Source: Candidatus Latescibacterota bacterium
Lineage (GTDB): Bacteria; Latescibacterota; CBDEFO01
DNA: 64,000 nucleotides
Direction of reading: 5' to 3'
NCBI GenBank assembly: GCA_965248755.1
Contig: OZ252149.1
Span: forward strand, 2,944,001 to 3,008,000
Part shown: positions 1 through 10,749 of the stretch, one piece after another
Numbering within the stretch: position 1 is the first letter of the stretch
Layout: the number at the start of each line of letters is the position of its first letter
The notes under the pieces: generated by a model
The model's database searches: none
The model's input: the letters and a program-made list of their open reading frames with translations, nothing else
What the model was told of the DNA's origin: nothing
Position numbers and translations under genes: made by a program

Positions 1-281
1 TTCGTGTTATGCCCCGTCTCGGATTTACAGAATTGATCCCCATCGTCGCACCTCCGTGTTGGTCGAGGACATTACGTGCCACATGTTGTCCAACTGCACC
101 AACATCGCGTTCGGCGGGCCTGAATTTAAGACCTTGCTGATCACCAATCTGGGGCGCTGGCACGTTTCCCAGCTGCCGATGAATGTGAGGGGTCTGCCGC
201 TTTCCTGTCATGTCCAGCAATGATCTCACCGTGTAGCTCACAGTGTCTACGGCGAGGGTATTGAAATACTGAAAGGTTTAA

Positions 282-1046
282 TTGACGATGGCTGCATCCA
301 TGTTTGAGCTTGACGGGCGCGTGGCCTTGGTCACGGGAGGTGGCAGTGGCCTGGGCCAGGCAATTTCCTTCGGCCTCGCCGACGCTGGCGCCCGTGTGGC
401 TGTGACCGACAGAGATCTCAAGGGGGCGCGGCAGACCCTTGATATGATCCGGCAGAAGGGGGGGAAGGCCAGGGCCGACCACATGGATGTCAAGAATCGG
501 GGGGAGATCGAGCAGGTTGTGGCCGATGTTCTCTCCGAATGGCAGGCCATAGATATCCTGGTTAACTCCGCAGGTCTTGCAATCAGGGGAACGGCGCTCG
601 ACTACGCGGAATCCGACTGGGATGAGATTATGGCGATCAATCTGAAGGGAACCTTTTTAACCATGCAGATCGTGGGACGGCACATGGCCGAACGCAAACG
701 AGGTAAAATCATCAATCTGGCATCCATCGGAGCCTTTGTCGCCTATCCAGGCAGTATGGCTTATCTGGCCAGCAAGGGCGGGGTCGTTCAGCTGACCAAA
801 TCTTTCGCCGTGGAGCTGGCCTCCGTCAACGTGCAGGTTAATGCCATTGCACCGTCTCTCTTCGATACGCCTCAGATAAGGAGAGTCCGTTCTGACTCTT
901 TGGATTACTTTGTCGAGCGGACACCGGCGGGACGGCTGGGCCAACCTGAAGAGATTGTAGGCGCCGCCATTTTCCTGGCGTCGGATGCATCTCCCATGGT
1001 CACCGGCCATACACTGGCGGTTGATGGCGGTTACCTGTCGGTATAG
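282..1046 (+). CDS. SDR family NAD(P)-dependent oxidoreductase
   Basis: TGGGSGLG Rossmann motif, NSAG, YLASK catalytic motif, VDGG terminus. Confidence 0.92.
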   Translation: MTMAASMFELDGRVALVTGGGSGLGQAISFGLADAGARVAVTDRDLKGARQTLDMIRQKGGKARADHMDVKNRGEIEQVVADVLSEWQAIDILVNSAGLAIRGTALDYAESDWDEIMAINLKGTFLTMQIVGRHMAERKRGKIINLASIGAFVAYPGSMAYLASKGGVVQLTKSFAVELASVNVQVNAIAPSLFDTPQIRRVRSDSLDYFVERTPAGRLGQPEEIVGAAIFLASDASPMVTGHTLAVDGGYLSV

Positions 1047-1125
1047 GTCGGCTACCTGTCAGAATAGGTTATCGCCCCCGACTCGATTCATTCCACAGCC
1101 GCATCCATATCGGGAGGTAAGAGAG

Positions 1126-1908
1126 ATGGATCTAACAGGAAAAGTAGCCGTAGTGACCGGCGCCGGGGCTGGTATCGGCCGGGGCATCGCCCAGGCCTTT
1201 GCCGAACACGGCGCTGCTGTTGCCGCCGTGGACATCAACCTGGACGCCGCACGCGAAACCGCGGGTAAAATCGGCCAGGGAGAAGATAGAGTCCTGGCCG
1301 TTCAAGCCGACGTGGGGGAGGAAGAGAGCGTGGATGCGGCATTCAGCGCCATCGTCGAAAAATTCGGCCAGGTGGACCACTTGCTGAATGTGGCTGGCAT
1401 CGAGCTGTACAAGGAATTTCTGGACTATAGCAGTGGAGAGTGGGACCGACAGTTGGCAGTGAATCTAAAGAGTGTCTTTCTGTGCAGTAGACGAGCCGTA
1501 CCCCCCATGATTCAGGCTGGAGGCGGCAGCATCGTTAATACAGCTTCGGTACAGGCCCTGGCGACCACCGGCAAAATCGCACCGTATGCCGCAGCCAAGG
1601 GCGGGATTGTCGCCATGACCCGCGATATGGCGCGCGATCTTGGGAAATTCAATATCCGCGTCAACTCTATTTTGCCCGGTGTCATTCAAACACCCATGCT
1701 GGATCGATCTTTTGACGATACTGCGGATCGGGATGCCTACATGGAAAAGTTGAAGAAGGCGCTCCCCCTGGGTCGAATCGGCGCACCGGACGATATCGCC
1801 AATGTGGCCCTCTTTCTGACTTCTCCCCTGGCGGCATACGTAACCGGCATAGCTCTGATTGTAGATGGAGGCATGATGTGCAAACTCCCACTACCCGAAG
1901 GGGACTGA
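1126..1908 (+). CDS. SDR family NAD(P)-dependent oxidoreductase
   Basis: TGAGAGIG, YAAAK motifs; start moved to ATG 1126 after GGAGG. Confidence 0.92.
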   Translation: MDLTGKVAVVTGAGAGIGRGIAQAFAEHGAAVAAVDINLDAARETAGKIGQGEDRVLAVQADVGEEESVDAAFSAIVEKFGQVDHLLNVAGIELYKEFLDYSSGEWDRQLAVNLKSVFLCSRRAVPPMIQAGGGSIVNTASVQALATTGKIAPYAAAKGGIVAMTRDMARDLGKFNIRVNSILPGVIQTPMLDRSFDDTADRDAYMEKLKKALPLGRIGAPDDIANVALFLTSPLAAYVTGIALIVDGGMMCKLPLPEGD

Positions 1909-2006
1909 TTCAACCTTCTCTGGAGTAGCGGTCTGGTGGAGAAGAAAATAGTACAAATGGAATGCTGTAGCGTTACTTTCATTTAACATAAAGAGTGAGG
2001 CACATA

Positions 2007-2245
2007 GTGCCTACAGTATTGAGAAGAGATGGATTCCGGTTCTTTTTCTTCAGTAATTAATCTCTGGAACCGCCTCACATTCTCACGCAGAGAAAGCAGA
2101 AGGATATGCCAAATTCTGGTTAGAGCCCCTTTCTTTAGCAGTATCGTACAACTTCAATTCAAGTGAACTTCAAACCATACGAATACTAGTAGAAACACAT
2201 GTCGATTTATTTGGGGAGAAATGGGATGAATACTTTCAGCAATAG
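2007..2245 (+). pseudogene. DUF4160-family (putative TA toxin) pseudogene
   Basis: MPTVLRRDGFRFFFFSN, in-frame TAA at 2058, EPPHI, then a frameshift to HAEKAEGYAKFWLEP...KWDEYFQQ. Confidence 0.8.
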
Positions 2246-2507
2246 ACTCACACAAGTAGTAGCACGTGACGTCTGGTTCGATGAAGATAAGATGAAAGTC
2301 TTCTTAAACGATGGGAGAGAAATTTCGATTCCTCTGGAATGGTTCCCACGCCTTCGCAAGGCTAATGATAAAGAGCGCTCTAACTGGCGATTGATCGGTG
2401 GTGGAATTGGCATGCATTGGGAGAAATTAGATGAAGATATTTCCCTCGAAGGGCTGATTCAAGCTTCTATCTATCCGCTGCAACCAGAACGAAGAGTTCC
2501 CAAATAG
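2226..2507 (+). CDS. DUF2442-family protein (putative antitoxin)
   Basis: LNDGREISIPLEWFPRL...GIGMHWEKLDEDISLEGL; overlaps the DUF4160 relic as in the usual pair. Confidence 0.88.
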   Translation: MNTFSNRLTQVVARDVWFDEDKMKVFLNDGREISIPLEWFPRLRKANDKERSNWRLIGGGIGMHWEKLDEDISLEGLIQASIYPLQPERRVPK

Positions 2508-2525
2508 GATTCACAAGGAGGACAG

Positions 2526-4037
2526 ATGAAGTTCAGATATACTATAATCCTTGCGGTTGTCTTTGCAGGTCTTCTTGCATTTGCGCTCCGCGATAAACGA
2601 CAGCGCCAGGAGAAAGAAGAGACAAAAAAGGAGGCGGAGAAGTTACTTATATTTGACAGAGATCAGGTGAGACGACTGACTCTGATCCGGGAGGATGAGA
2701 CCATTGTGGCAGAAAAGGAGGAGCCGGGAGAATGGAAGATAGTTTCCCCTGTCCAGACAGACGCTGACAACGACGCTGTTGAAAGGCTCATAGACAACAT
2801 TGGAAACACCCGAACGGATAGAGTCCTCGTAAAGGAGGTGGATGTAGAGGACGCAGAAGAGACACTCGAAGGATACGGTCTGGATAAACCCACTGTCGTT
2901 CTGCACATGGAGCTGGAAGGTGATGCGACGAGTACGTACGGTCAACTGGATACGGTTTACTATGGGGGAGAAAGCCCTACCAGTTCCTTTGCATACGTAA
3001 GGAAAGGGCAGAGTCTGGATATACTTACTATCCCGCTTTGGAGGAGGGATAATGTGGACAAGCAGCTTTTCGATCTGAGAGATCAAAGGGTGCTGGCGTT
3101 TCAAAGCGATGAAGTGAGACAATTAGATATCAAAAGGGCTGGTATTCTAATGTCGGTCTCCAAGTCGGGAAGTATGTGGAACATAGATAAACCCCTCCAG
3201 GACAGAGGTGACGTAGACGAGATAGATGAGATCATACGAAAGCTGAATCAGGAGAAGGTCAAAGAGTTTGTCAGCGAATCGTCTGACACGGGTGAGCTTG
3301 AGGGATACGGGCTTACAGATCCGCATATAGAGGTCACACTCTGGCTGGGGGCGGACAGAGCTAAGAAGATGCTATATATTGGAGCCGAAAAGCGTAGTGA
3401 TCTCTATGCCCAGGATAAAGAGGGCGCCGATCGCTACGCCAAGGACGAATCGAAGGAAGCTGTCTTTCTGATATCTTCCGAATTGAAGGAGGCCCTGGAG
3501 GTAGACCCCTTTGCGCTTCGATACAAAAAGTTAGCTGATTTCGAAAGCGACGATATAGACAAGGTGGAGTTCGCATACAAAGAAGAGGCGCCCACTCCGT
3601 CTAACGCGATCTTATGTGTGAAGGACACGTCTGGTAACTGGAGCGTGGCATTCTCATCTCCGATAGATTCAATCGGGAAAAAGAAAGATGCCACAGGCTG
3701 GAAGATTCGCGGTGCTATGAGTGATATAGCTGATCTCAAAGCTGAGAAGTTCCTCCCAGAGGAGTCTTCCGACACGGAGTCGCCCTCCCCGATTGCTTCT
3801 ATCGGGGATCAATCGGGGGGCGACCTGTCTCAGTACGGTCTTGAGCGCCCGCGCATCACCGTCAGATTGTGGAAGGGAGAGAAGCTGGTGGTCCAAGTCT
3901 TAGTCGGCAAGGGGAAGGATGAGTTCGTCTACGCCAAGACATCCCAAAGCGATAGGGTCTACCTTGTTAGAAAGAGTATAGTGGAGGATCTGACCTTCAC
4001 TATAGACGACATAGCAGTATCAGAAGGAGAGGCTTAA
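2526..4037 (+). CDS. DUF4340-domain membrane-anchored protein
   Basis: N-terminal TM helix and three repeats containing L(E/S)xYGL; carries two in-frame palindromic elements. Confidence 0.8.
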   Translation: MKFRYTIILAVVFAGLLAFALRDKRQRQEKEETKKEAEKLLIFDRDQVRRLTLIREDETIVAEKEEPGEWKIVSPVQTDADNDAVERLIDNIGNTRTDRVLVKEVDVEDAEETLEGYGLDKPTVVLHMELEGDATSTYGQLDTVYYGGESPTSSFAYVRKGQSLDILTIPLWRRDNVDKQLFDLRDQRVLAFQSDEVRQLDIKRAGILMSVSKSGSMWNIDKPLQDRGDVDEIDEIIRKLNQEKVKEFVSESSDTGELEGYGLTDPHIEVTLWLGADRAKKMLYIGAEKRSDLYAQDKEGADRYAKDESKEAVFLISSELKEALEVDPFALRYKKLADFESDDIDKVEFAYKEEAPTPSNAILCVKDTSGNWSVAFSSPIDSIGKKKDATGWKIRGAMSDIADLKAEKFLPEESSDTESPSPIASIGDQSGGDLSQYGLERPRITVRLWKGEKLVVQVLVGKGKDEFVYAKTSQSDRVYLVRKSIVEDLTFTIDDIAVSEGEA

Positions 4038-4045
4038 GGGAAGAA

Positions 4046-5032
4046 ATGGGCAAGGTACAAGCCGTAGTCTTTACAGCCGCGGCGGTTATGTTTATCTGGC
4101 TTTACCCTTCCTCCTGTCAAAGCAGCGTTTCTGTCAGGTCAGAGGTCGACAGGTCCACTATTACCGTCGGCGACCCTATCAAGTATACTCTTATTATCAC
4201 TTACGAAGAAGACCATAGGGTCTATCCTCCTCCTCTGGCCTCCAACCTCGGCCAGTTTGAGATCAAGGACTTCAAATATCCCCGGACTATACGTACAGAT
4301 GAGGGACTCCTCGAGGAGAGGACGGAATATACAGTAACCTCCTTCAGGACAGGTGACTTTCAGATACCTCCCCTAATAATTGGATTTGTCACAGCGGAGG
4401 GGGACAGCGGTTGGGTCGAGTCCGAGCCTATAGCGATCAGGATCCAGAGCGTGAATGTGGAGGGGGCTAAGGATATCCGCGATATTAAAGGCCCCGTTGA
4501 AATCCCGCAGGGAGTAAGGTCGTGGATGATCTGGAGCGGCGTTGCCCTGCTTGTAGCTACAGCGGGCGTGATCCTGCATATCTTGGCAAGTAGGAAAAAA
4601 AGACTGCAAGAAGATATAGCCACAGAGCCGGATGTCCCCATAGACGAACTTGGGGAGTTCGACAAGATAGATGCTCTGGGTCTGATAGAAAAGGGTCAGT
4701 ACAAAGAACATTATATATTGATCTCAGAGGCCCTCAGAAGATATATAGAGAGACGCTACAAAATAGAGGCTATGGAGAGGACTACCTATGAGCTTCTGGA
4801 CGATATGAACGATGCCAGGGCAGAACGTCTGATAGCGATAGAAAAAGAGCACATAGAGTCAATAAATGAGTTTCTCTCAGGATGCGATCTGGTCAAATTC
4901 GCCAAGTATATGCCTCGTTTAGAAGAAGCAAAAGGCTCTACACAAAGAGCCAGGGCCATCGTGAAGGATACATACATAAAGGAGTCTAAAGAACCGGACG
5001 AAGTCTTAGAATCCGAGGCTTCACGAGGATAG
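4046..5032 (+). CDS. Bat-operon associated membrane protein (BatD-like N-terminus)
   Basis: Signal peptide, ITVGDPI, IRDIK, TM helix, ERTTYE and DLVKFAK motifs; directly upstream of batA. Confidence 0.75.
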   Translation: MGKVQAVVFTAAAVMFIWLYPSSCQSSVSVRSEVDRSTITVGDPIKYTLIITYEEDHRVYPPPLASNLGQFEIKDFKYPRTIRTDEGLLEERTEYTVTSFRTGDFQIPPLIIGFVTAEGDSGWVESEPIAIRIQSVNVEGAKDIRDIKGPVEIPQGVRSWMIWSGVALLVATAGVILHILASRKKRLQEDIATEPDVPIDELGEFDKIDALGLIEKGQYKEHYILISEALRRYIERRYKIEAMERTTYELLDDMNDARAERLIAIEKEHIESINEFLSGCDLVKFAKYMPRLEEAKGSTQRARAIVKDTYIKESKEPDEVLESEASRG

Positions 5033-5042
5033 AATCGCTCTG

Positions 5043-6062
5043 ATGCGCTTTCAGAATCCATATCTACTTCTCCTTTTGCTGGCCATCCCGGTCATAATCT
5101 ATCGCTACATTAAGAGCGAAAAGAGCGGGACGATACGGTTCTCCGATATCGGCTCTATCAAGAGCATCAGACCCTCCCTCAAACTCCGGCATAGTCTCAT
5201 AGTCCTGAGATCCCTGGGATTAGGACTCTTGATCGTAGCTTTTGCGCGTCCGCAGTCTGGAACGGAAGAAAGAGAGATGCTCACAGAAGGAATAGACATC
5301 ATCCTGACGCTGGACGCATCGGGCAGTATGCAGAGCAAAGACCTGGACAGCAACAAAAAGTCCAGACTTGATGTCTCAAAAGAGGTCGTATCTGAGTTCG
5401 TGAATGGGCGCACAAATGATCGTTTGGGCTTGGTGGTCTTTGCCGGAAGGAGCGCTACGTGGTGTCCCCTAACGCTCGATTACGGGACTTTCTTGAATTT
5501 TCTGGACAGTGTGAGCATAGAGCAGCTCCAGGACATAGTAATGTCAGACAGCACAGCTATAGGCACCGCTATTGCTAACTCTGTAGCCCAGCTTGGAGAG
5601 AGTGAGGCCAAAAGCAAGGTTATTATACTCCTTACGGACGGATCCAACACCAAAGTGGAGCGCATCCCGAACACGGGGATTGTAATGGATCCTTTAACGG
5701 CGGCTCGTATCGCCGCCTCCCTCGGGATCAGAATATACACTATCGGAGCCGGAAGCAAGGGGACGATAATGCGAGAAGTGCAGGATATGTTCGGTGTGCG
5801 CTTGCTGCCCTACCGGGTCGAAATAGATGAAGAGACGCTGCAGAAGATAGCCGACATCACAGATGGGAAGTACTACAGAGCTACGAGCCAGGAGAAGCTT
5901 TCAGAGATCTACGAGGAGATAAGCCAACTGGAAAAGACCGAGATCAAGACCAAGGAGCATGTGGAATACACGGAGATATTCTCAAAGTTTGCGCTGGCAG
6001 GGCTATTTATGTTGCTGTTGGAGATATTTCTGGTAAATACGAGATTCAGGAAAATACCTTAA
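5043..6062 (+). CDS. batA: BatA-like VWA domain protein
   Basis: MRFQNP..., ARPQ, DASGSM MIDAS motif, LLTDG, IYTIG. Confidence 0.88.
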   Translation: MRFQNPYLLLLLLAIPVIIYRYIKSEKSGTIRFSDIGSIKSIRPSLKLRHSLIVLRSLGLGLLIVAFARPQSGTEEREMLTEGIDIILTLDASGSMQSKDLDSNKKSRLDVSKEVVSEFVNGRTNDRLGLVVFAGRSATWCPLTLDYGTFLNFLDSVSIEQLQDIVMSDSTAIGTAIANSVAQLGESEAKSKVIILLTDGSNTKVERIPNTGIVMDPLTAARIAASLGIRIYTIGAGSKGTIMREVQDMFGVRLLPYRVEIDEETLQKIADITDGKYYRATSQEKLSEIYEEISQLEKTEIKTKEHVEYTEIFSKFALAGLFMLLLEIFLVNTRFRKIP

Positions 6063-6064
6063 GT

Positions 6065-6200
6065 GCGGTAGACAGTAGTCAGGGCAAGCAAGTAGACAGC
6101 AAACAGTAGACAGTAGACAGGGGCACCACCGCCCTTCCCACCAGATTGCTTTGCAGTCCCCGATATAAGCAATCGGGGACTGCCCCTACAGATAAATTTA
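6065..6200. repeat. AGTAGAC heptamer cluster plus REP-like and 21-bp palindrome
   Basis: Related sequence at 22663-22725 and 26130-26190; palindrome ccccgatataagcaatcgggg near 6158. Confidence 0.6.
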
Positions 6201-6282
6201 GGGATCAGACAGCGTAGTTTGTCGCCTCCACTGCCTGACAACGCACGCGGTGGCAGCGGGACAACGGACCCGACGAAAGCAC

Positions 6283-7302
6283 ATGAACATGCATTTCGGA
6301 GAACCTGCATATTTTAACTTCTTGTGGCTCATTCCTGCGCTGATCATCTTCTATGTCTGGGCGTTCAGGAGAAAGAAGCGGGCGCTTTTCCTCTTCGGGG
6401 GCACGGAGCTTATAGACAAATTGGCGGCGTCCAGGAGCAGAAAGAGCCAGATATGGAAGGTGATCCTATCCATATTGGGCATCTTTTTCCTTGTCCTGGC
6501 CTTGGTGCGGCCTCAACTGGGAGCGAAGCTGAAATTAGGTCAAAGCAGGGGCGTGGATGTGGTCATACTCCTGGACACGTCCTTGAGCATGCTGTCGGAG
6601 GACATCAAACCGAACAGGCTGGAAAGGGCAAAATACGGCATCAGAGATCTAATAGATAAGCTGGGTGGGAATCGCATCGGGATAGTTTCCTTTGCCGGAG
6701 AAAGTTACATAGAGTGTCCGCTGACTTTAGATTACAGCACCGCTCAGAGTATCGTTGACGGTCTGGATACGACCTCTGTTCAGGGGACTGCTGTCGGCGA
6801 CGCTATACGGATGGCATCGTCCCTTTTCAATAAGAAGGACCTCAAGTACAAGGTGATGGTAATCTTTTCGGATGGAGAGAGCCACGAAAGCGACATCACA
6901 AGCGCAGCCGAAATAGCCACGGATGAGGGCGTCGTCATACATACTGTGGGAGTCGGTACAAAGAAGGGGGACGTTATCTCCTTCCGCCGGAAAGATGGAA
7001 ACGTAGAATATAAGAAGGATAGGGCAGGAAACGTGGTGGTTACAAGGCTGATGGAGAGCAACCTGCAAAGAATGGCTTTCCACGCCGGAGGTATCTATCA
7101 GAGCATGCGGGAGTTTGAGCCGGAGGAGATATACGAAGAGATCTCAAAGATGGAAAAGAAAGAACTGCAATCGAGAAAGTACACTAAATATGAAGACAGA
7201 TTTCAGTACGTCATAGTCTTCTCCATAGCCGCTTTTATTATAGAATCTATTATCAGTGACAGAAGGAGGCGGAAGGCGGAGTGGAAGGGGCGGTTCCAAT
7301 GA
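6283..7302 (+). CDS. batB: BatB-like VWA domain protein
   Basis: RPQLG, DTSLSM MIDAS, PNRLERAK, FSDGESH. Confidence 0.88.
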   Translation: MNMHFGEPAYFNFLWLIPALIIFYVWAFRRKKRALFLFGGTELIDKLAASRSRKSQIWKVILSILGIFFLVLALVRPQLGAKLKLGQSRGVDVVILLDTSLSMLSEDIKPNRLERAKYGIRDLIDKLGGNRIGIVSFAGESYIECPLTLDYSTAQSIVDGLDTTSVQGTAVGDAIRMASSLFNKKDLKYKVMVIFSDGESHESDITSAAEIATDEGVVIHTVGVGTKKGDVISFRRKDGNVEYKKDRAGNVVVTRLMESNLQRMAFHAGGIYQSMREFEPEEIYEEISKMEKKELQSRKYTKYEDRFQYVIVFSIAAFIIESIISDRRRRKAEWKGRFQ

Positions 7303-9269
7303 TCTATCGGGCGACTCGTCAGGTATACAACGTAAGATTAAGTGGAAAGGCAAGCGGAGCGTTGCCCTGTCTCCCCCGATTGCGTCTTTCGGGGGCAGGC
7401 CCTCGATTGAACCCCCGATTGTATCCATCTGGGACTACTATCTACTGTCTGCTGATACCTGTCTGCTGTATACTGATTTTGTCTCTGTCGTTTCCTGCCT
7501 ACACTGCTGACGTTAGCTTTCAGGCCTACGTGGACAAGAACAAGATCGGAACTACCGACCGGCTTAAGCTGATCGTATCGGTCTCGGGATCTAAGCTGGG
7601 CAGCCTCCCCAATCCGGTTCTCCCCAGTCTGAACGATTTTGCGGTGTCCGTCCCAAGACGAAGCTCATCTTCCAGCTATCAGTTCTCCACAGGCGGTAGT
7701 GCGGTATCCGCACAGAAATTAGAGTTTACGTATCATCTGCGCCCTCGGAGGAGCGGGAACCTGGTTATAGGTCCCGTGAAAATGGAGGTTAAGGGCGTGG
7801 AGTATGAGACTCGTCCTATTCAGATCCAAGTAGTCGAGGGAACCACTGAAACTGTGAGGACGCCGAGAGGTAGTCAAATACCGATAGAGGGAAATCTCTA
7901 TATGGAGGTGACTGCAGATAGACAGAGGGCATACGTGGGCGAGCAGATAACGCTGATCTACGACCTTTACAACAGATTCAGTATTTCAGACTTAAGATAC
8001 AACGCCGCCCCTGCGTATCAGGACTTCTGGGTTGAGGATATATTCGATTTTAGAACAAAGAGTCACCTGGAGAGCAGACGAGAGGCGATAGATAACCGAC
8101 TCTTTGAAGTAGCTCTTCTGAAAAAGGTGGCCGTCTTTCCGAAGGCTCCGGGTACTTTCAGGATAGAGCCTCTTAAGATAGAATGCGACATCCAGGTGAG
8201 AGGTGGGAGTAGGAGCATCTTTGACTTTGGTGGATTCTCCACAAGGACGAAGACCTTTTTAGTTCAGTCCGATCCCATCAGTGTGGAGGTTCTGCCGCTG
8301 CCACAAAGGGGAAAGCCGGGGGATTTTGACGTGCCTGTCGGCGACTTTTCCATCTCGGCTTCGACCGATCTGAAGACCGCTACAAAGGGGGATGCGATAT
8401 CCTTAAGGGTGGTCATATCGGGTGCGGGAAATGTAACTTCCATAAGGGAACTGAAGCCTCCTCTCTTGGACTCGTTCAAGGTCTACGATCCTAAAATAGA
8501 GGCAGAATCGAAGGCCGTAGACGGTATCATTCAGGGCACAAAGACATTCGAATATGTTCTGATACCTGAGACTGACGGCGATCTTCTGATAGCTCCCTTT
8601 GAGTTTTCTTACTTCGATCCTGCAAAAGAAAGGTATATAACGACTCAGACTTCCCCTCTGTCCCTCAGGATATCTCCTGTGTTAGAGACTGAGAAGGTTT
8701 CGGCGGGATATGGCCTTTCCCGCGAGGAAATAAAGTTAGTAGGGGAGGATATACGCTATATCAAGCCCGATTATAGAGGGGCAGAACGCCAGCTTGAGGA
8801 TCAGGGCCGACCCTTATACAAGGATATGCGTTTCTTATTCCTTCAGATAGTTCCCGTCATAACCCTGATCGGGGCCTGGACATACAAAAGGCACCTTGTG
8901 AAGGTTCGTACCGATGCTGCCTACGTCCGCAGGAAGAGGGCCAAAACTCAGGCCGCCAGGAGGCTCAAAAGGGCAAGGCAACTTATGAAAGATGAGTCAT
9001 CAGCCGAGTTCTACGCTGAGATCAACAGCGCTCTTTCGGAGTTTTTGGCGGATAAGCTCAATATCCCGGCTGCAGGGCTCACCAAAGATTCTATGGAGGA
9101 GCATCTACTGCAAAGAGGCGTAGACCAGGCATTGGTAGATAACCTGAAAGATACTCTAATCCGGTGTGACTTTGCGAGGTTTGCCCCCTCCCAATCTATG
9201 TCCGATGATTTGGAAACGCTCCTGAATAAGACCGAAAAGTCCATTGATCGTTTGGAAAAGCGAATTTAA
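7299..9269 (+). CDS. batD: BatD-like protein
   Basis: AYVGEQI, ISGAGN, DIRYIK, CDFARFAP motifs; ATG overlaps the batB stop; start uncertain because repeats occupy the 5' end. Confidence 0.85.
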   Translation: MIYRATRQVYNVRLSGKASGALPCLPRLRLSGAGPRLNPRLYPSGTTIYCLLIPVCCILILSLSFPAYTADVSFQAYVDKNKIGTTDRLKLIVSVSGSKLGSLPNPVLPSLNDFAVSVPRRSSSSSYQFSTGGSAVSAQKLEFTYHLRPRRSGNLVIGPVKMEVKGVEYETRPIQIQVVEGTTETVRTPRGSQIPIEGNLYMEVTADRQRAYVGEQITLIYDLYNRFSISDLRYNAAPAYQDFWVEDIFDFRTKSHLESRREAIDNRLFEVALLKKVAVFPKAPGTFRIEPLKIECDIQVRGGSRSIFDFGGFSTRTKTFLVQSDPISVEVLPLPQRGKPGDFDVPVGDFSISASTDLKTATKGDAISLRVVISGAGNVTSIRELKPPLLDSFKVYDPKIEAESKAVDGIIQGTKTFEYVLIPETDGDLLIAPFEFSYFDPAKERYITTQTSPLSLRISPVLETEKVSAGYGLSREEIKLVGEDIRYIKPDYRGAERQLEDQGRPLYKDMRFLFLQIVPVITLIGAWTYKRHLVKVRTDAAYVRRKRAKTQAARRLKRARQLMKDESSAEFYAEINSALSEFLADKLNIPAAGLTKDSMEEHLLQRGVDQALVDNLKDTLIRCDFARFAPSQSMSDDLETLLNKTEKSIDRLEKRI

Positions 9270-9294
9270 TCTTTCCGATATCTCATAACCCGTG

Positions 9295-10101
9295 ATGAAA
9301 TTCTTGATCTTCAGCCAAAAAGACGCCAAATCACTTCTCTCCCTCGTTGTCCTCCTTACTCTATTTTTCTTAATTGTATTTTCCGGGGTCTCAAGTTATG
9401 CATCCTCGGCCGCAACGGCTCTCTACAACGAGGCTAACAGGCTCTACAGAGATGGGGAGTACCTGGAGGCGGCAAAACAGTACGAGGCAATACTAAAGAC
9501 GGGGATACAAAATGGGGATGTCTATTACAACCTGGGAAACGCCTACTTTAAAAGTGGACGGATCGGAAGGGCTATTCTCTGGTACGAACGGGCCTTGAGG
9601 CTACGCCCCCGCGATGAGGATGTAAAACGGAACCTGAGATTTGCAAACCTGCGAAAGGTGGATAAAGACCTTCCATCGGACGCAAACATAGTGACAAGGT
9701 TCATTCTCGGGGTTCACAATCTCCTGACAGTAGACGAGCAGACGATTCTTTGCAGCGCTCTTTTCTATTCTATAACAGCTGCCATTGTTGCTCTTTTGTT
9801 CGCAGGCACCACAGTTCGAACCGCGCTGATAACGCTTCTTATCTGCTTCGGCGTCCTGTGGCTGGTTGCGGGAGTCTCCACGGCCGCCAAAATATATCGC
9901 AGCGAGTCTGAAGAGGAGGCTGTGGTAATTTCCCCTGACGCAGACGCTTTCAGCGGGCCGGGAGAGGACAACACGAAGATATTTACGCTCCACGAGGGTA
10001 CTAAAGTCACGATAGAGCGCCGAAGCCTGGAGTGGTTTCTCGTCCGTCTGTCCGACAACACTGAGGGGTGGATACAAAAAGAGGTAGTTGAGAAGATATA
10101 G
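9295..10101 (+). CDS. batE: BatE-like TPR plus SH3 protein
   Basis: YYNLGNAYFK TPR, LWYERALRL, two TMs, LHEGTKV...EGWI SH3. Confidence 0.88.
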   Translation: MKFLIFSQKDAKSLLSLVVLLTLFFLIVFSGVSSYASSAATALYNEANRLYRDGEYLEAAKQYEAILKTGIQNGDVYYNLGNAYFKSGRIGRAILWYERALRLRPRDEDVKRNLRFANLRKVDKDLPSDANIVTRFILGVHNLLTVDEQTILCSALFYSITAAIVALLFAGTTVRTALITLLICFGVLWLVAGVSTAAKIYRSESEEEAVVISPDADAFSGPGEDNTKIFTLHEGTKVTIERRSLEWFLVRLSDNTEGWIQKEVVEKI

Positions 10102-10421
10102 ACAAGGTCGTGTAGAGTTTACTGAGAATTACACTCTAACGAGTGAATTCTTTACATAGATCTTTGTCATTTCTCAAGCAGATAGAATGCAGTGGGAACG
10201 CTGCCTTTGGATAGACTGTCTTTATCTATCTTTCTTTTTGTGTCTGTCCAGTCTCAGTCTCTTTTTCCTTTTATGCGTCGCTATTTTCTTGCGTTTCTTC
10301 TTTTTACCGCAGGGCAAGGACTCGCACCTCCTTTCGATAGCCAGAATGTAGGGCTGTCCCCAATACAAAAAACGATAGACGAAATCGGGGACCTGTCTTT
10401 AACATTGTCACAGTTTTGAGG

Positions 10422-10706
10422 CTACACCTGTGTTGTTAATAACCTGTTTTTCAACTCCTTGGACGGTTTGAAGACAGGCATGTATCTTTCCGGGATTTTG
10501 ACTTCTTCTCCAGTCCTGGGATTTCGTCCTGTCCTCTTCGCTCTCTTGACTACCTTGAACGTTCCGAATCCCCTGAGTTCGATAGTTTTATTTTGAGATA
10601 TCGCTTCAACAACGGAGTTCAAGAATCCATCTACAATGGCCGCTGTGTCGATCTTCGTTATTCCGGTAGCCGATGCCACCCTGTCCACAATATTCGCCTT
10701 TGTCAC
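10422..10706 (-). CDS. hup: HU/IHF family DNA-binding protein
   Basis: IELRGFGTF, GRNPRTGE, PVFKPSK; GTG start after GGAGG. Confidence 0.92.
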   Translation of the reverse strand: MTKANIVDRVASATGITKIDTAAIVDGFLNSVVEAISQNKTIELRGFGTFKVVKRAKRTGRNPRTGEEVKIPERYMPVFKPSKELKNRLLTTQV

Positions 10707-10749
10707 GTCGGTCCCTCCTTTTTCGGGCAAGAGGTCTTTGGTGAGAAAC

